Below are positions 1-14,628 of a stretch of DNA of 64,000 nucleotides, piece after piece. The translations under genes and the position numbers were made by a program. The stretch's first letter is position 1, and each line of letters begins with the position of its first letter. The notes under the pieces are model-generated. The model ran no database searches. It saw only the letters and a program-made list of their open reading frames with translations, and was not told the origin of the DNA. Origin of the DNA: the human T2T-CHM13v2.0 reference genome, Homo sapiens; NCBI RefSeq assembly GCF_009914755.1, contig NC_060929.1; one strand, given 5' to 3'.

Positions 1-919
1 TCTTCAAATAATTTTTTTTTTGCTCCCAAATATTGTTGTGTTTGTTTTTCCTTGCAAAGGAAGAACTGGGAAAAGCCATTTACATTAGCCTAATTTTAAG
101 AATTTTTAAGACAGTTTATCTGATATCTAATACTTTTACATTAAGGATATTTTTATCTCTACGGAAAAGGAATATAGTAAAACCCAAATTGTTTTTCAAT
201 AGTGTAGAAAATTTGGCATCGTATATTTTTTTTTGCATTCATTATATTTTATGTAATGTAAGTGTACTTACTTTTAAAATTATAATTTAAAAAGTCTATA
301 GTCACTGAAGTCAGTTTCCATAAGGATTGCAGCCATAAAAATATATGTCTACAGTTTTTGTTTTTATTTAAATCATAATTATTCCTTTTTCAGCAGTCAA
401 GCCCAGTTTTTAGTTCAATTTAAATATCTGCCTCTTATTACTTTAACACTATAGCACAACTGTTAAAATAAAAACATGGTAAAAGATCAAAGCCAATTTT
501 AATGTCTAAATGACTTGAAAAATGATTTTAAACATTTCAATATATTTAAATGAAAATTACAATTAGCAAACCAGTTGCTTTTTAGACAAGAAGCATTCAT
601 AGAAGCTCATCTAAATTAGCCTTTCAATTTCGTGACTAGCTTGAATCGAAATTTTGAAACGAAAAAGAATAAAGCTGGCCATAACATAATCGTTGCCTCC
701 TCCAAGCAAACATAAAGCCATCTATCTCAAGCTTAAACACCTGAAAATTAAGAAAGAGTATAGTTGTCTTAAGTCAAGGCATATCATCTCCTAGCACCTG
801 CCAAGAATAAAATCTATCCTTCCATTCCATACAACTTCCTCGTAATTAGGTCAACATAGAATCACGGCAAAGGTATTTTAGGCAGTTGTACAAGATGCAT
901 TAACTTTGCATGGGTTTTT

Positions 920-1357
920 GGTATTTGTCTTGCCAACATCCAGCCTTCCGTCTTCAAGCAACCATCCTCAAATTTCATTTGGACTTGTACTCCTCCCTCA
1001 ATCTCTAAACCACTTTAAGCCTATCAGCCCATTATCCTTCCCTGGCCACAAGTATTGGTTCCAGGGTGGAATGTGAGCAAAAGTGCTAAATCAGTGAATT
1101 TTAGATGTGTTGTGGGGGGTACTTGAAAGAGCTCACTATTTCTTATTGCCTTTATCCTCAGAGGCTTGAGACCCTGGAGTTAGTACAGTCTCTTGCCACC
1201 ACCAGGACTGAAAAAGGAAGCAGCATTGAAGAGGCAGAGCTGGGAGACGGAGAGAAACTGCTGGCATGATTTGAGCTCAGGTTAGTCATTTGTCCCTTCT
1301 TAAGCTGGCTTCAGTTGGTTCTGTCCCACTTGCAATAGAAAGTGTCCTACTGATGCA
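920..1357 (+). mobile_element. Old MaLR LTR (MLT1J/K/L-like)
   Basis: Diverged MLT1 motifs: ccctggccacaagtattggttccagggtgg; gaggcagagctgggagacggagaga; 3' end cttaagctggcttcagttggttctgtcccacttgcaatagaaagtgtcctactgatgca. Confidence 0.55.
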
Positions 1358-1866
1358 GTCTGTTTAAATCACTCTATATTTCTGGCTAATCAGAAACTAA
1401 TAAGATTCACAAATTAAGTGTGAATGTTCAAAAAATGCTTCTTAAAACCGTAAAATTGTCTTTAAAGCTGAAGGCTTTGGGATCACAATCACCATGTGAC
1501 CAGCTGGTTATTCCTTCTCCCACTGTACTCTCCAGTTAACCTAAGCCTCAATTTCCTAATTTGTAAAAATGCCAAGAGTAGTGCTTGAAGCCAATTAGTG
1601 GGTTTCAGCACAAAATGACTGGTTCTATCATAAACTAGGGGCTTTCCATCTCAGCCCACAATATTCCTGTAATTTTTAAAGCAATCATTTATTTGTGCTT
1701 TAACCCCTTAATCCCTTACCACAGTGATTATATTAAACATTTCTGGGCTTTTCTCAGGCTCCTACTCATCACTATCATGCTCATCCTGATCCAACGCTAT
1801 ATGAACCTCTTCGAATTCCTTCTTCCATGCCCCTTACCTACAAATCTACAAACTTGTACATCTACC

Positions 1867-1877
<11 letters not shown>

Positions 1878-1904
<27 letters not shown>
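1878..1904. repeat. (TG)13 microsatellite
   Basis: Perfect TG run read directly. Confidence 0.97.
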
Positions 1905-2029
1905 AACCATAGTTCTGCTGCATATATAAATTCACATCCTGTATGTCTGGAACTAATTTCATCCTTTTCTAAATATTACATATTTCAAGCATTCATTGGG
2001 TTGACCTAGATGGCAGACTTTATGGTAAT

Positions 2030-2292
2030 CATCATAACAACCTCAGTTTACATTTATTGAGTGTTTACTATGTGCCAGGGACTATCCCAACTGCTTCATG
2101 TTTATTAACTCGTATAATTCTCTTAACAGCATAGGAAGTAAATACTATTATCCTTACTTTATGGGGAAGGAAACAGAGGCATGCAGAGGTCAAGGTCACA
2201 TCTTAGTAGGTGGTAGAGCTGCGATTTCAGCTGAGATTCAAGAATCAGTCTGACTCAGAATCCATGCCAATAACTGCTATGCTGTAGTGTCT
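2030..2292 (-). mobile_element. MIR SINE
   Basis: catttattgagtgtttactatgtgccagg ... gaaacagaggc ... aaggtcaca ... cagtctgactc matches the reverse-complement MIR consensus. Confidence 0.8.
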
Positions 2293-2404
2293 CTTAAAGG
2301 CTCCAGGAGGATATTGTCCAGAAATAAATTATTACATTTGTGTATATAACATCACGGTATACAGATGGCTTTCATATTAAAATGCCCTATTAAATTAATG
2401 GTTA

Positions 2405-2500
2405 AGTTACTCTTATTCGTATTTTACAAATGCAGAAAAATTCAAGATTAATGGGCTTATTTATCCAAGGTCATTAAACTAATGAATGGTGAATCCACAT
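2405..2500 (-). mobile_element. MIR core fragment
   Basis: attttacaaatgcagaaa ... ccaaggtcattaaactaatgaatggt resembles the MIR core. Confidence 0.5.
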
Positions 2501-3367
2501 CTCCTTCCACGCAAAGGAAATTTAGATCAGAAAATTGCTTTCCCATGGGCTATTTCTATAGAGATAAATGTTTGAATCTTTGGTAAAAATAGTTGGTTAA
2601 ACTCATTCTCTGTAACTTCATAGCACTAAATGGCAGCCTCTGGGCTATCTGGGGGACATCAGCATTAATGATCAATTAATATTATAATTTATTTTATTTT
2701 CACTCCTTAAATTGATACCATTGCCTCTACGGAAATTGTTTCCTTCTTCTTTAAATGTACTTTGACTTTCAGTATTATTGCTCCTGAGTCTGACTCTACA
2801 ATCAGACAGGTGAGAATAAGAGAAGGTTACAGTGCAATGAAAAGGTCAAGATGGAAAGTCCATCCCACAATTCCTCAACTAACTTCTACATTTCCTTTTC
2901 AAATGACAAGTAATGGAGAACTAAAGCTAGTCTTGACTGTTTTTATCTGGGAAAACAAAAGTCTGGCTTTACTTGACTCTTGATTCTATAAAGATTGATA
3001 TCCTCTCCCAAAATAAGCAAATAAACCAAAATACCTCCCTGTTATGGGTTTAATTGTGTCTCCCCAAAAGATGTAGGGAAGTCCTAATCCCCAGTATTTC
3101 AGAATGTGACTGTATCTGGAAAATAGAGCAGTTGTAGGTGCAATTAGTTAGATTAAGATGAGGTCAGACTGGAGTAGCATGGGCCCTAATCTAATCTAAC
3201 TCCTGTCCTGATAAAGAGGAGGAGAGACACAAAGAAGGAAGATGACCACGTGAAGGCTGAGGCAGAGACTGGATTATGCTGCCACAAACCCAGGAACACC
3301 TGGGGCTTACAAGAAGCTAGAAGAGGCAAGGAAGGATCTACCCCTAAAAGCTTCAAAGTGAGCATGG

Positions 3368-3663
<296 letters not shown>

Positions 3664-3664
<1 letters not shown>

Positions 3665-3728
3665 GAAAGAAAGAGAGAAAAGAAAAGGAAGGCAGAAAGA
3701 GAAAGCAAGAAAAAAAGAAAGAAAGAAA

Positions 3729-3764
<36 letters not shown>

Positions 3765-3786
3765 AAAGAAAGAGAGAGAGAGAGAG

Positions 3787-3841
<55 letters not shown>

Positions 3842-3912
3842 AAAGAAAAGAAAAGAAGGAGGAGGAGGAAGGAGGGGAGAAAGGAAGGGAGGGGAGGAAG
3901 GGAGGAAGGAGG
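3664..3912 (+). repeat. Compound polypurine tract, (GAAA)n/(GA)n/GGA-rich, grown from the Alu A-tail
   Basis: About 250 bp of almost pure A/G directly after the Alu body. Confidence 0.95.
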
Positions 3913-4413
3913 ATGGCTCTGCCATTACCTTGATTTCGAACTTCCAGCCTCCAGAACTGTGAAAAAATAAATTTCTACTGTTTAAAGCCATCCACCTTGA
4001 AGTACTGTGTTATGGCAGCTCTAAGAAATTAACACGTTCCTCTTTTCTTCTCTTTCCTTCTCTCATTTCCACATTCAAAATTTTTTCGGTATGCAGCATA
4101 TAAATATATAAAATAAATATAAATGTTTATATAATATATAAATTTCATGTTTTATAAAAACATATATAATAAGATTTCAATGAGAAGCTTTGAAATCAGG
4201 CACAGAGAAAACAATAAAGATAGGGAGACATGGTTATTTATAACTTGACTTTTGACAGAATAGACGTATAAATCTTTATTTAAATTCACACAACTATCTC
4301 TATATTTTGTATAATTGATGGACCTCCCCAAACGGAAGCCAATGACAGTATCCAAGACAAAGGACTTGATAAATTCCTAAAGGACTCCACTTCTGTCCCC
4401 AAACTATTCTCAG

Positions 4414-4715
4414 TTTTTTTGTTTTTGTTGTTGTTGTTGTTGAGACAGAGTTTTGCTCTGTCACCCAGGCTGGAGTGAAATTGCATGATCTCGGCTCACT
4501 GCAACCTCCACCTCCCAAGTTCAAGCGATTCTCCTGCCTCAGCCTCCTAAGTTGCTGGACACATGCCACCACACACGGCTAATTTTTGTATTTTTAGTAG
4601 AGATGGGGTTTTGCCATGTTGGCCAGGCTGGTTTCAAACTCCTGACCTCAGTTGATCCACCTGCCTCAGCCTTCCAAAGTGCTGGGATTACAGGCATGAG
4701 CCCGCCCTCTCAGCC
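4414..4715 (-). mobile_element. AluS element with (TTG)n tail
   Basis: tgagacagagttttgctctgtcacccaggctgg ... gctgggattacaggcatgagcc; S-type ctgacctcagttgatcc. Confidence 0.93.
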
Positions 4716-7700
4716 TCCCAGCTTATTCTTACTCTGTTCTTATCCTGTCAAATTGAAAGTCAAAGTCCTTCAGAATTGCCAACTTTTACAAATGGATGCT
4801 CCTTATATTCTGAATTTCAACTTCTTGACTTCTTAGACATGCTTTATAAACTCTAAGCTGCAAGTTGATTTCCAGCACTATTATTCAGTTTTCAACTTGC
4901 AATATCTTAACCCAGCCTCCCTGTTGATCACCCATCCCCCTTCAAATAGTAGAACACATATCAAACCAGCCCACAACTACAACATATGGTACAGCTATTC
5001 AAGAAACAAGCTGTATTCCCTCTTGCTATAGCAAACAGAATGCCAAATATCCTTCTTTACAGTGGCCAAACTGTTGAATATTCTCTGACAATAAAACAAA
5101 TAAAAGTCTTAAGCATTGGACTCATCAGTTCATAAATTCAAAGAGGTCACTTGATCTCATTTCCATCAAAATTGGTAACATCTGGTAGTCTTACGCTAAC
5201 ATTTAAATGGACATTTTAAAATAACACTATTCAACAGATTTAGGTATGGTATGTGTATTTTGCAGCTAACACTTCCTGGCAGGGCTATCAAGATGCATTT
5301 TTACTTTCCACAGGTAGCATAAACATTTCTCTGGCTAATTCAAAACCAGCATGCTCTATGGTTACAATAGCTAGGCAATAGGAAGATATGGAGAACAGAT
5401 TGGTCCTCTCTCCAAGTATTGTAGCTGCCCGTGACTGTGCTAAAAGGTAATACTTTCTGGATGATGAAAATACAAGTTGAGCTTTCATAATAGAGCAGTT
5501 GTGCTTCATTCCCATCTATCTGTTTCTAGTTCAGAAGAGTATCCCGAAGTTGACAATAATCCAGGCCTGCTTAAAGCATATGGAATTTGAGAGAGACTGT
5601 CCAGGGATATTGAAAGCACTTCCTTCTTCTGGATTCTCCCAGTTCTATCCCTGTATTAAGCCATATCTTCAACAAGTGGAATACTTACACTTTATTATCC
5701 AAGCACCCCTAGGGTTGCCTTCACTGAGTTATGGTTTAATATCATATCCTCAACCTTCAAAGAGGACTGATTCAAAAAGGGTCCATTTGAACAATCTTTC
5801 TATAAGACAAAGCTGGCATTGAAGATGCTGTCTACTTTATTATTAAAAGTCCCTTTTTCAAGAATCCACACAAAAAAATTTATCTTTGAATTTATATCCT
5901 GATATAAGTTTTTCTCCGCTAACCATATAATTGCTTTCAGGTTAGACAATGAAGATTGTGTAACCAACGTATTTCCCATTTGCTGTACATGCCAAAAATG
6001 TCAAGTCAATCCAGTTCAGTGGCCAACTAAATAATTTGCTTATCTACCATACCCAGTGACATAATGTCTTTGTTCCTTTTGATATGTGTTTTATACAGCT
6101 GTTTATGTTTGCCTTATCACATGTTATGATTCCATTTCACTCATATTATGGGTCCATTTTAGGGACTTCAAACATTTTGAATATGGAATAGTAATTACTC
6201 CTAAAAACTAAAATGCTTCTATATGATTTTATTTTTTTCCTTAAGAAGGAGTTCAAAAAAACCCTTCAAGGGACACAAGTAATCATCTTTCTTTGAAGTA
6301 CAATGACAACGGAAGAACAAAAATTATAACACTACTGTATTATACTAGCAAAGTAACAATGATCAGACCTAGTATTCCACCTTTTTTAAAACATTTACTT
6401 TTTTGGTTTTTTTGATTCCCAGAAGTAAACAAAATTCAACATAAAAACTGAAGATAAATGCATGCTTTTGCTCTCTTCCACAGAGTATTAATAGCTTTTA
6501 GAATTGAAATTGTTTTATTAATTTGATTGGGCTGAAGGAAAAAATCTAAGACTCCTATGAATAATTCAGGTTTCTGTCAGATCCTGGAAAGCCTTATGGA
6601 AAGTACTGTTATACCTCAAAATGCCCTCACAGTAGACCAGACATTTAATTTCCAATAACATTGATTTATAGTTTTATAACGAAAAATAATAAATATAATG
6701 AATTACCACCATATTTCCTGATCTCAGTCACTATAAAATAACTGCTGTAGTTTTACATTTCCAGTGTGAAATATTAAATGCATAAATCAAAACAAAATTA
6801 TTTTTCATCTAGAGAAAGAGAGAGACAGGTTCCCGAGACTGACAAATTCACTTTATTTTAAAATTAATGTTTTAAGAAAAAAAAATTCATTGAATCCCTA
6901 TCAGCTTTAAAAAGAAAAAAAAAGAGCTTGCATTTTAGGATTTTGCCTGTAATGTCTACTAAACAGGTTCTGTGTGAAAAATTATTAAATAGGTCCCTAC
7001 AACTCCAAACTTGTTGGGAGCCAAATTATAATTCCTGACATGAATCATTTTCCTTTCACACTTCCTTTCTCATGGCATTTCCTTTTTCCATAATTGTTTT
7101 ACCTTAAGTTGCCACCCAGAGATAAGCTTCGCCCACAGTATATTTCTCTAATGCCACCAGACTGGCATTTTTGTAATTCAAATATTCTCTTACAGCTACA
7201 ACTAAGTAATCATGTAATGAGAACATTATCAAAAAAGAACAATTCAAGAGAGATACAGATTTTCAAATAGGCAGAAACAGATGCATTTACTTTTTTATAT
7301 TTTCACAACTTCATCTCCTAAATTTCATTGAGAACAAGAAACAGTATTTTGCATCCTTGATTAAAAAGAGTAAATCTAATTATAAGAATTCATTTTCACA
7401 TTTAAATACCTCTCAGCTTTTGTGAGTGTTCAACATTCAACCACAAGAATCTTTCCGAAGGAGTGATGAAGGCTGAATACTAAAAAGTGTCAAACCCTTG
7501 AACAAATGGGTAACTCTGAGTTAATAGACCAAGAAAAAAAATTAAATCACCTAACAACCATGATATTGGAAACCTGGAAACCACCATGAGTTCAATATTG
7601 TCTCTAAGACTCAGTTACATGCTAAAAACAGATGAATTTAAAGTAGCTTTTTTTTAAGGGCTTACATGATTCCTAAAATTATCATATGCATTTTTGTTGA

Positions 7701-10460
7701 TTACAAATACATTAATTCATAAATTATTATGAATCATTAATTATAAAATCAAAGAAGCTTATAGGCAAATCTTTTAATAAAAAAATTCTGTTTGTCACGT
7801 GGCTAAATACAAACTAACTTCTATTAGAAAAGATTTAATGTGAATAAGACAAGGAATCAATACCTTGATTTTAATATTTACAATAACTCAGTATAGTTTT
7901 AAGGTGGTGTGTTTTCTGGAGGAGTTTCATAAAGAAAAGGAAGAATCTCTGGAGCCCTGAAATAACCGTCTGGTGAAGATCTGCACAGGCCTCTCTAAAA
8001 ATAACAATGGACTGTAGACTTCATAAACATTTTTAGAAATTAAATAGCTGCTAACTTGTTCCATATGGAAGCAAATTCACAGAGTCCAACATGTTGTTCA
8101 TTGAGATCATCATAACACATACACCAAAGAAAGAGGCAAAGTCATCCACAAAGTCATTCACGAGAAGCCAGAGGAAACAGATGATCTTGAAACCTCCTGA
8201 AAAAATAAAACACGAAAAGCAAAGAGCTCCGAAACCCACATAATACTCTTGCTCTAAGATTCCCTGGGGCTCCTTAGGTCAAGCAACGTTTGAAGATCCC
8301 TAAATAGTAATAATTACTTATTAAATAAGGGCAATAACAAAATTGCTAAAAATTTTGGACAATTGTTATAAAGGCCAAATTATAAATAAATTTAAATTTT
8401 TTATTTTGTCCAAAATGACAGTATTTCATAAATCTACTTCCATAATACACTTAAAACATGAAGAAGCATAAAGATTTTTAAATTTTAGAAATGCTGACTT
8501 ATTGATTGTATGCTTACAGAGACATAGTCAGTTATTCAAAATGGCCCAGGTGTCCTTTTACTCAGAATTCTAAGTAGTCCCAAGTAATCTTCCCAACCTC
8601 TGTTTTTTTTATTTTTTGTTTTTGTATTCTCCTCATATAATAAAAGAGAACGAGAAGGCAGACAACTCACAGCACACTCTCCCATCTGCTAGTCTGTTTA
8701 CAAACGTTTCAGTGTCAGCTCATTCACTCCGCGGGTTTATGCAGCCCAACTTTATGTTAGTAAATTGGGGAAATTGGTTTCCTCTGGTAAAAAACACTTC
8801 CACTTCAAAGTATTTTCCCTATATTCATACTTCTGATTTTCCCTTTTTGATCTTTACATCTGCTGTTGAATAGATTCAAAAGCCCCGAGATTCGTACCTC
8901 CCCTCTGACAATCCCAAACACATGGTTACTATTTGACATCCAGAACTTCACTTTTATTTTTTAATACTTATAATTTTGAATGAGACTGTCACAAGAAATG
9001 AACTTTGAAGAAAAGATAATATCAAATACATCTCTAAGACTAAATGTATTCAGGGTTTTATAATTCAAATCAAATTGATTTTTCTAAATAAAAGGGGTGG
9101 GGGTTAACTTTTGGGGGCTGTTGCCATAGAGAAAAGTAAAAGGAAAACCTATAGGAAAGAAGCTGAGCAAGTCTGGTGCAGCTGCTTGCATTCACACTGG
9201 TGAAACACAGCAGGGCTGTGGTATTATTACCTATGTAATCACTATTGCATGTTTGTTCTTGCATACCAGCAAAAGGATAGGAAATTTGAGAAGGGATAAG
9301 ACATGTAAACCTTTGTTACAAAGATTTAAATTTCTCTGAATTAAAATCTGCTATGAGTTAATAGTTGGATGTTTCTCTCAGCAACTAAGAGTTCTACAAT
9401 AACCTATTTCGTCTGATAGTATGGCTATCAAATGATTGGTCTTTGGCTGGGGAGTGCAGAATTGCGACGGTTTCTCAATGCTTATTTCTAAATTTCAGGA
9501 CCATTTTATAAATAGTTGTTGAAATAGATGGCCATTTATAGTTTGTCATTTGAAGAAAATATTCTCTGTCTTAAAATTTTATTTCCCCATCAGCTGTTGG
9601 TGCTTGAAATTTAATCATTAAAGATTACACTTACATAAAAGCCTAGTAAAAGTCGTTACACGGAGGAGGTAAAGGAGGTGATACAGAATGTAAACAAATT
9701 CTCCTCAGTGTGTATTATTTTTATTTGAACCATGTGACTGTATTACCCTGTATTGCTTATTAAAAATAAAAGTTTTGAGGCTAAAAAAAGATTTTCTTGA
9801 AATTTTAGAGGTCCTCTGGAAGTTCCCATTGAAATGCAAATGAAATATAAACGCTTCTGGAAAAAGAAGCATATTTTTGCAAGAATTAGCTGTTAGCCAG
9901 CTGGGAATGAGAGCAACCCTTGACCCAGAATGATCTTTCCCTATTTGTGAATTCTGCCCTTTTTGCAGAGCTTGCCTAGCCAGCCTAATTCATCAAAGCA
10001 ACCCTGGCTATCCTTAGAATTATGGATGTCACAAATAGCTCAACTTTGAATGTGAAACAAGAAAGGATCAGTAGCAACAGAAAGGAAGGAGAAGAAGGGG
10101 TCACTGCAAGGAGAGCTGTACAGTAGGAGGCTGCCTGCTCTACTGCACCATGTAGGGCTGGCACCACCTGTGTCCTCCTCATGTATACAGATACTGTGGG
10201 TACACCTACATGCACACACACACTCAAATAGCTTACATAGTCCTGTAGAATCCAGTTGAGATTCTATAGTACTATAGATTCACTTCTAGGCAGAGACGTA
10301 TGGCCTCTTTTCAGCACTCTCTGGTTCCGTTCAGAAGCAATGCCACCCCCTTGCTAATGCTTACTGATGCCCATCATGATCTAGCTCCACCCATCAAAAG
10401 ATGGTCTAAGAAGACCATTGATATAATAGAAGAATGAATATATTAATACATATGTTTCTA

Positions 10461-10862
10461 TGCATCTTCATGAGTTATGCTAGCTCCTATAACAAACAAT
10501 TCCAAAATCTCAGCAGCTTAAAAAATTAAAGGTTTATTTGCTGCTCACACCACAGTCCAAAAAGGTTGGGGATCTTCCCTTGGCAGGTCTCCTCCAAGTA
10601 GTGGCTTAGGCATAATAGTTCCTTGCATCTTTGCTATGCCACCCTATTCCACAGATGGCATCCATTTTCATGAAGGTAAGGGAAGAGAAGACATGGATGT
10701 TAATACAGGAGATTCTATGGCCAGGGTTAGGAATTACAGATATCATTTGTGCCCACATTCGATGGCCCCTTAATAACTGCAAGGAAGGTTTCAAATGTAC
10801 TTTTCTTTTAAGCACAGGAGAATGAAACAGGATGAATGACCATACAACCAGTCTTTTATACA
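10461..10862 (-). mobile_element. MLT1 (K/L-like) 3' LTR of a two-LTR MaLR element
   Basis: taacaaacaattccaaaatctcagcagcttaa...aaggtttatttgctgctcac...cccacattcgatggcc...aactgcaagg; TG...CA ends; minus-strand polypurine tract (plus attcccccttctggtc) adjacent. Confidence 0.7.
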
Positions 10863-12554
10863 ATTCCCCCTTCTGGTCATCAATTATTCATTTTAATGTT
10901 CCCGCCACAGTCTCTTCTGGTCACTGCATCAAGTTCAAAATCCTGTATTTCTGGGAAAAGCACAGTACTATCCCCCCACGCTGAATATGACTAACCTAGT
11001 TCCTCCCACATGTATACTGAAAAGACAAGTTTTCTGTCCCCACATGCATATTCCCTATACAATGGTGTAATCGAGGCATAATAACTGCAATAAACACTCC
11101 CATTTGGAAAGAGGAAGAATATGGGTCACACAATAGGCAATGGTCTGTTTCAATTCTGAAGTTCTGCTAGACACATGGAGGCAATTCTTTACCTGGCTTT
11201 TATTCTACCCTCCGGGAGAAACTCCCTGTCACTTGTTCTTCATGGCCCCTGGCTGTACTTCTGTATGGCCTTTTTGCCCATTATCCTCATGAGTCACTTC
11301 TGATGGAGGTGTTTCAGAGCATGGCCTCCTTGGAGGGTGCAGAGCATTTGAAGTCCTACCTGCTGTTCATGGAAAGTAGTGACCTGTCTTGGTATGTGTT
11401 CCCTAAAAATCAGACTCTTGTAGAAAGACTCAGGTGCAAGAACTTTATCTGGATAGTGATCTCAAGAAGCACTATGAACAGTGGAGAAGTAATACACGTG
11501 AAGAAGGAAAGCCAGTAAGGGGAGCCTTCATGAATAGGTTATCACTTAGATAAGCTGGAGCTCAAAACCTCTGGAGATACTCCAAGAGACTATATGAAGA
11601 ATGATTTCCCTGAGAGATGCAGAAGCTAAGGTATTAATATATCCCAAATCTCCTATCCCTTGCTGGTTTAAAGTTACTCCTGGGACACTAACTCCAAGTA
11701 GTTCTGTAGCCAGCAAAGTCTACCAGAGCAGAGACATAGACACATGTCTGTTGTATCCTAGAATAAGCAGCAGGATATAAATTGTGCAGTGACAACATCT
11801 GCTACAGGGCCCAAGAGTTACTTAAGACAAAAAGTCAAAGACTGCTTTTAGTCTGGATTTACTGTTTCTTTGGCAATACAATTCCCTCAATGACTTAACA
11901 GACTTCCAATATATTTGCTATGAGCTGGTAAATGTTTCCAATTTTCTTTCTGAGATATATTTCTCAAATCAGCTTTATTACTTTGCTTTCTCACCCCATA
12001 CCTCTCTGGCAATTTAACACAGAGAATGGGATAATCTTCCATGTCAATAAACAATCAGCATAAATTAGGTAATTGTCAGCTAAGGAAAGTTGACACTTAA
12101 TCTAATCTTTTCCCTAAGCTACTGTACTTTACTCAACTAACAATTTTTTGAACCCAACTTTTCCTGTTTAGGATTATAAAACAGCTTACCAAATAAACAT
12201 GTCTGTACTCCATCAATTCCTTTTCCTTTATGCTTATAAATCAGCCAGTTCTTTCCTGAGCCCTCCTCTTTTGGTAGTACCTTGAAAAATACAGCCTGTA
12301 ATAGCAAGCCAACACTAATGCTCTGATTCATTTCAACCATCTCTTCTTGGAGCTGCAGGCTGAGAAGGGACCAGTTCTGACTTCCAATTTATTGCATATG
12401 AAAGCTTTACTCAATATTTTGCCACTGCATTACATGGATAGCCATCTTTGAAGACTCTAATATCATTCTTCTCACTACTTACCTTTCAACAGTTAAGTCA
12501 ACACCACCCAATTTAGATTTTTAATAGCAGTGCTCTCCTTCGGATATAAATGTC
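10863..12554 (-). mobile_element. MLT1 internal region, interrupted by LTR16
   Basis: MaLR-int motifs gtcactgcatcaagttcaaaatcc and aataactgcaataaacactcccatttggaaagaggaagaat; ends at a PBS-like junction before the second LTR. Confidence 0.65.
11385..11806 (-). mobile_element. LTR16-like ERVL solo LTR nested in MLT1-int
   Basis: tgtcttggtatgtgttccctaaaaatcagactc...caggtgcaagaactttatctggatagtgatctcaagaagcac...aacatctgctaca; TG...CA termini. Confidence 0.7.
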
Positions 12555-12935
12555 TGCATTATGACAGATAACCTTAGCTACTCAAACAACTGCAAAATCC
12601 CAAATGTTTAACACTAAAAAGATATATTTGTCATTTATACATAGTCTATTGTGAATGGGCAGCTCTCCTTGGAGGCTCTACTTTCAGTGAGGACTCAAGG
12701 ATTCAGATCCCTTCCTTTGTGTAATGGTGCCGTCTCTAATATAACTTTTTCAATCACTAAGGTAAAAAAACAGAGCTTGGAAGACCAAGCAGGAGATTTT
12801 AAGTCCAGGCCTGGAAGTGGTAGGCATCCTTCCACTGACATTTCCTTAGCCTCACTCTAATGCAACAGAGGTTGCTAATGTAATTTGACACATACCCAGA
12901 AAGAAGAAACAAGGGTTCATCCAGTTTGACTCCAG
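12555..12935 (-). mobile_element. MLT1 (K/L-like) 5' LTR
   Basis: Same motif order as 10461-10862 (cagtgaggactcaaggattcag, ccaggcctggaagtgg, tccactgacattt, taatgcaa). Confidence 0.65.
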
Positions 12936-14384
12936 CATTATGGCTGTTGATTCTCATTTGTTACCACTCCCAAGGAGGACCAACTTTGAAACAAAGAAAT
13001 TAATGTCTTAGAATAAAATTCCATATTGAATGAGACTAGATATGGAGGGCAAGGGGTTCCTGATATTGTCTGAATCACACTACCCTCACCTGGCTTCTCA
13101 TTCAATATTTAAGACTGTTCCTATATTAACTATATTCTCCCTGGGAAGTAAACAACCAAGAAGAATGGAGCAGAGATGCTCACTCATTTTGGTGATCCGT
13201 CTTGAAGTGATGGCACACATTGCTTTGTTTCCCTAATCTCCTAACATGGAAATCTTGCCAATCTCCTTAGTAATAAACACGTACACAAGAATGTCTTTTT
13301 TACTTTCCTATAGGCACCTTTGTTACAACTGATACTCAACTGTATATAATATTGAAAACCTTGGAGAACAAAGCATCCACCTCTGACATCACCTTTTACC
13401 AAATACCTTTCTCCTGAAAAAAAATGTTAGTCTTTATGTGTCAATATGCATGAGAAAGTATGTGGGCTAAGGAAAAAAAGTAGAACATGCACCCCAGAGA
13501 ATAAGAGTTAGCCCAGGACCCAACCAGGATTTTAAGAAACACATAATGGATGCATTTAACTTAAGTGAATTTAACTATTCGTGTTCAAGATTCAGTTTAG
13601 AATATTACAAAATGCTGTAAAATTATATTTTGCATATGTACTATTTTAATAAGCTCTTTAATGTTTTCTTATATGGTACTGTATATACAAAACCATCTAT
13701 ATTATACTTCATGTGGAATAAAAATTGTTTAAGCATAATTTTGACGATGCAATTTTTGCCAGCGCTGTCTTGTGAATTGAATGCCCTAGGAAGATATTAA
13801 TAAAACCTTGTAGTAATCTCATTTCTGCACATGACCCACCATCTGACTCAGCCTCCCTGCATTCTGAGCACGTTTCCTCTTTGCTGGTTCAACTTCTGTC
13901 ATGATACTTGTGCCTCTTGGTAACAAGCATCACTTTTTGGATAATCCTTTTGTTTGTTAGTCTGATTTTGACTTTCTGTAAAACAATATACTAGCAGACA
14001 CTTGAACTCTGCCAAATGTTTTCTAAGACAGCCATTTCCTATGAAATAAGAGCTCATTTAAGCAGAGATCTTGATTTGCACATCAGACACAGTTCCAGAA
14101 TTCACAAGCAATCATGACAATCAGCTCAGGTGAGTACTGACAGAAGAGCAACCAGTCCTTTGCCACTGCTGTGTAGTTCTCCTCAGCCACTCAGCTGTCG
14201 TCCATTTTGGTCTCTACCACAATTTTTTATGTCCCTGATATATCTTACCACAAACTTCTTTTGCTAGAAGCAGCCTGTGTTCTCAGCAAGAATGCATTTG
14301 ATCAAAGAGTTTCAGCTCCAGTTACAGCTTCACCGGGGAGTATGGAGGGCTTGTCCCTTTTGAATCAAGAAAAACTTACAATCA

Positions 14385-14628
14385 TGATAACAACAATAGC
14401 CACCACTTATTGAGTGTTTACTATGTGCCAGACACTATGCTGAGCTTCTTGTATATTAACTCACTTAATCATCACAACAATCCCATGAGGTAAGTATTAT
14501 TATTATCTCTATTTTATGAATGCTGGTATCAAAGAAGTTCAATAATTTGCCCAAGGACATGCTCCCTATAGTAGTGAAGATGGGATTTGAACCCAGACAT
14601 TCTGGCTCCAGAGCCTATTGTGTTCTTA
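14385..14628 (-). mobile_element. MIR SINE, near full length
   Basis: cacttattgagtgtttactatgtgccagacact...cacaacaatcccatgaggtaagta...ttgcccaagg...gggatttgaacccagacattctggctccagagc. Confidence 0.88.

Noticed and set aside
4300-4836. ORFs with motifs such as [18 protein letters not shown] (similar ORFs at 39406, 45826 and 47711)
   Set aside because: Standard Alu-derived spurious peptides.
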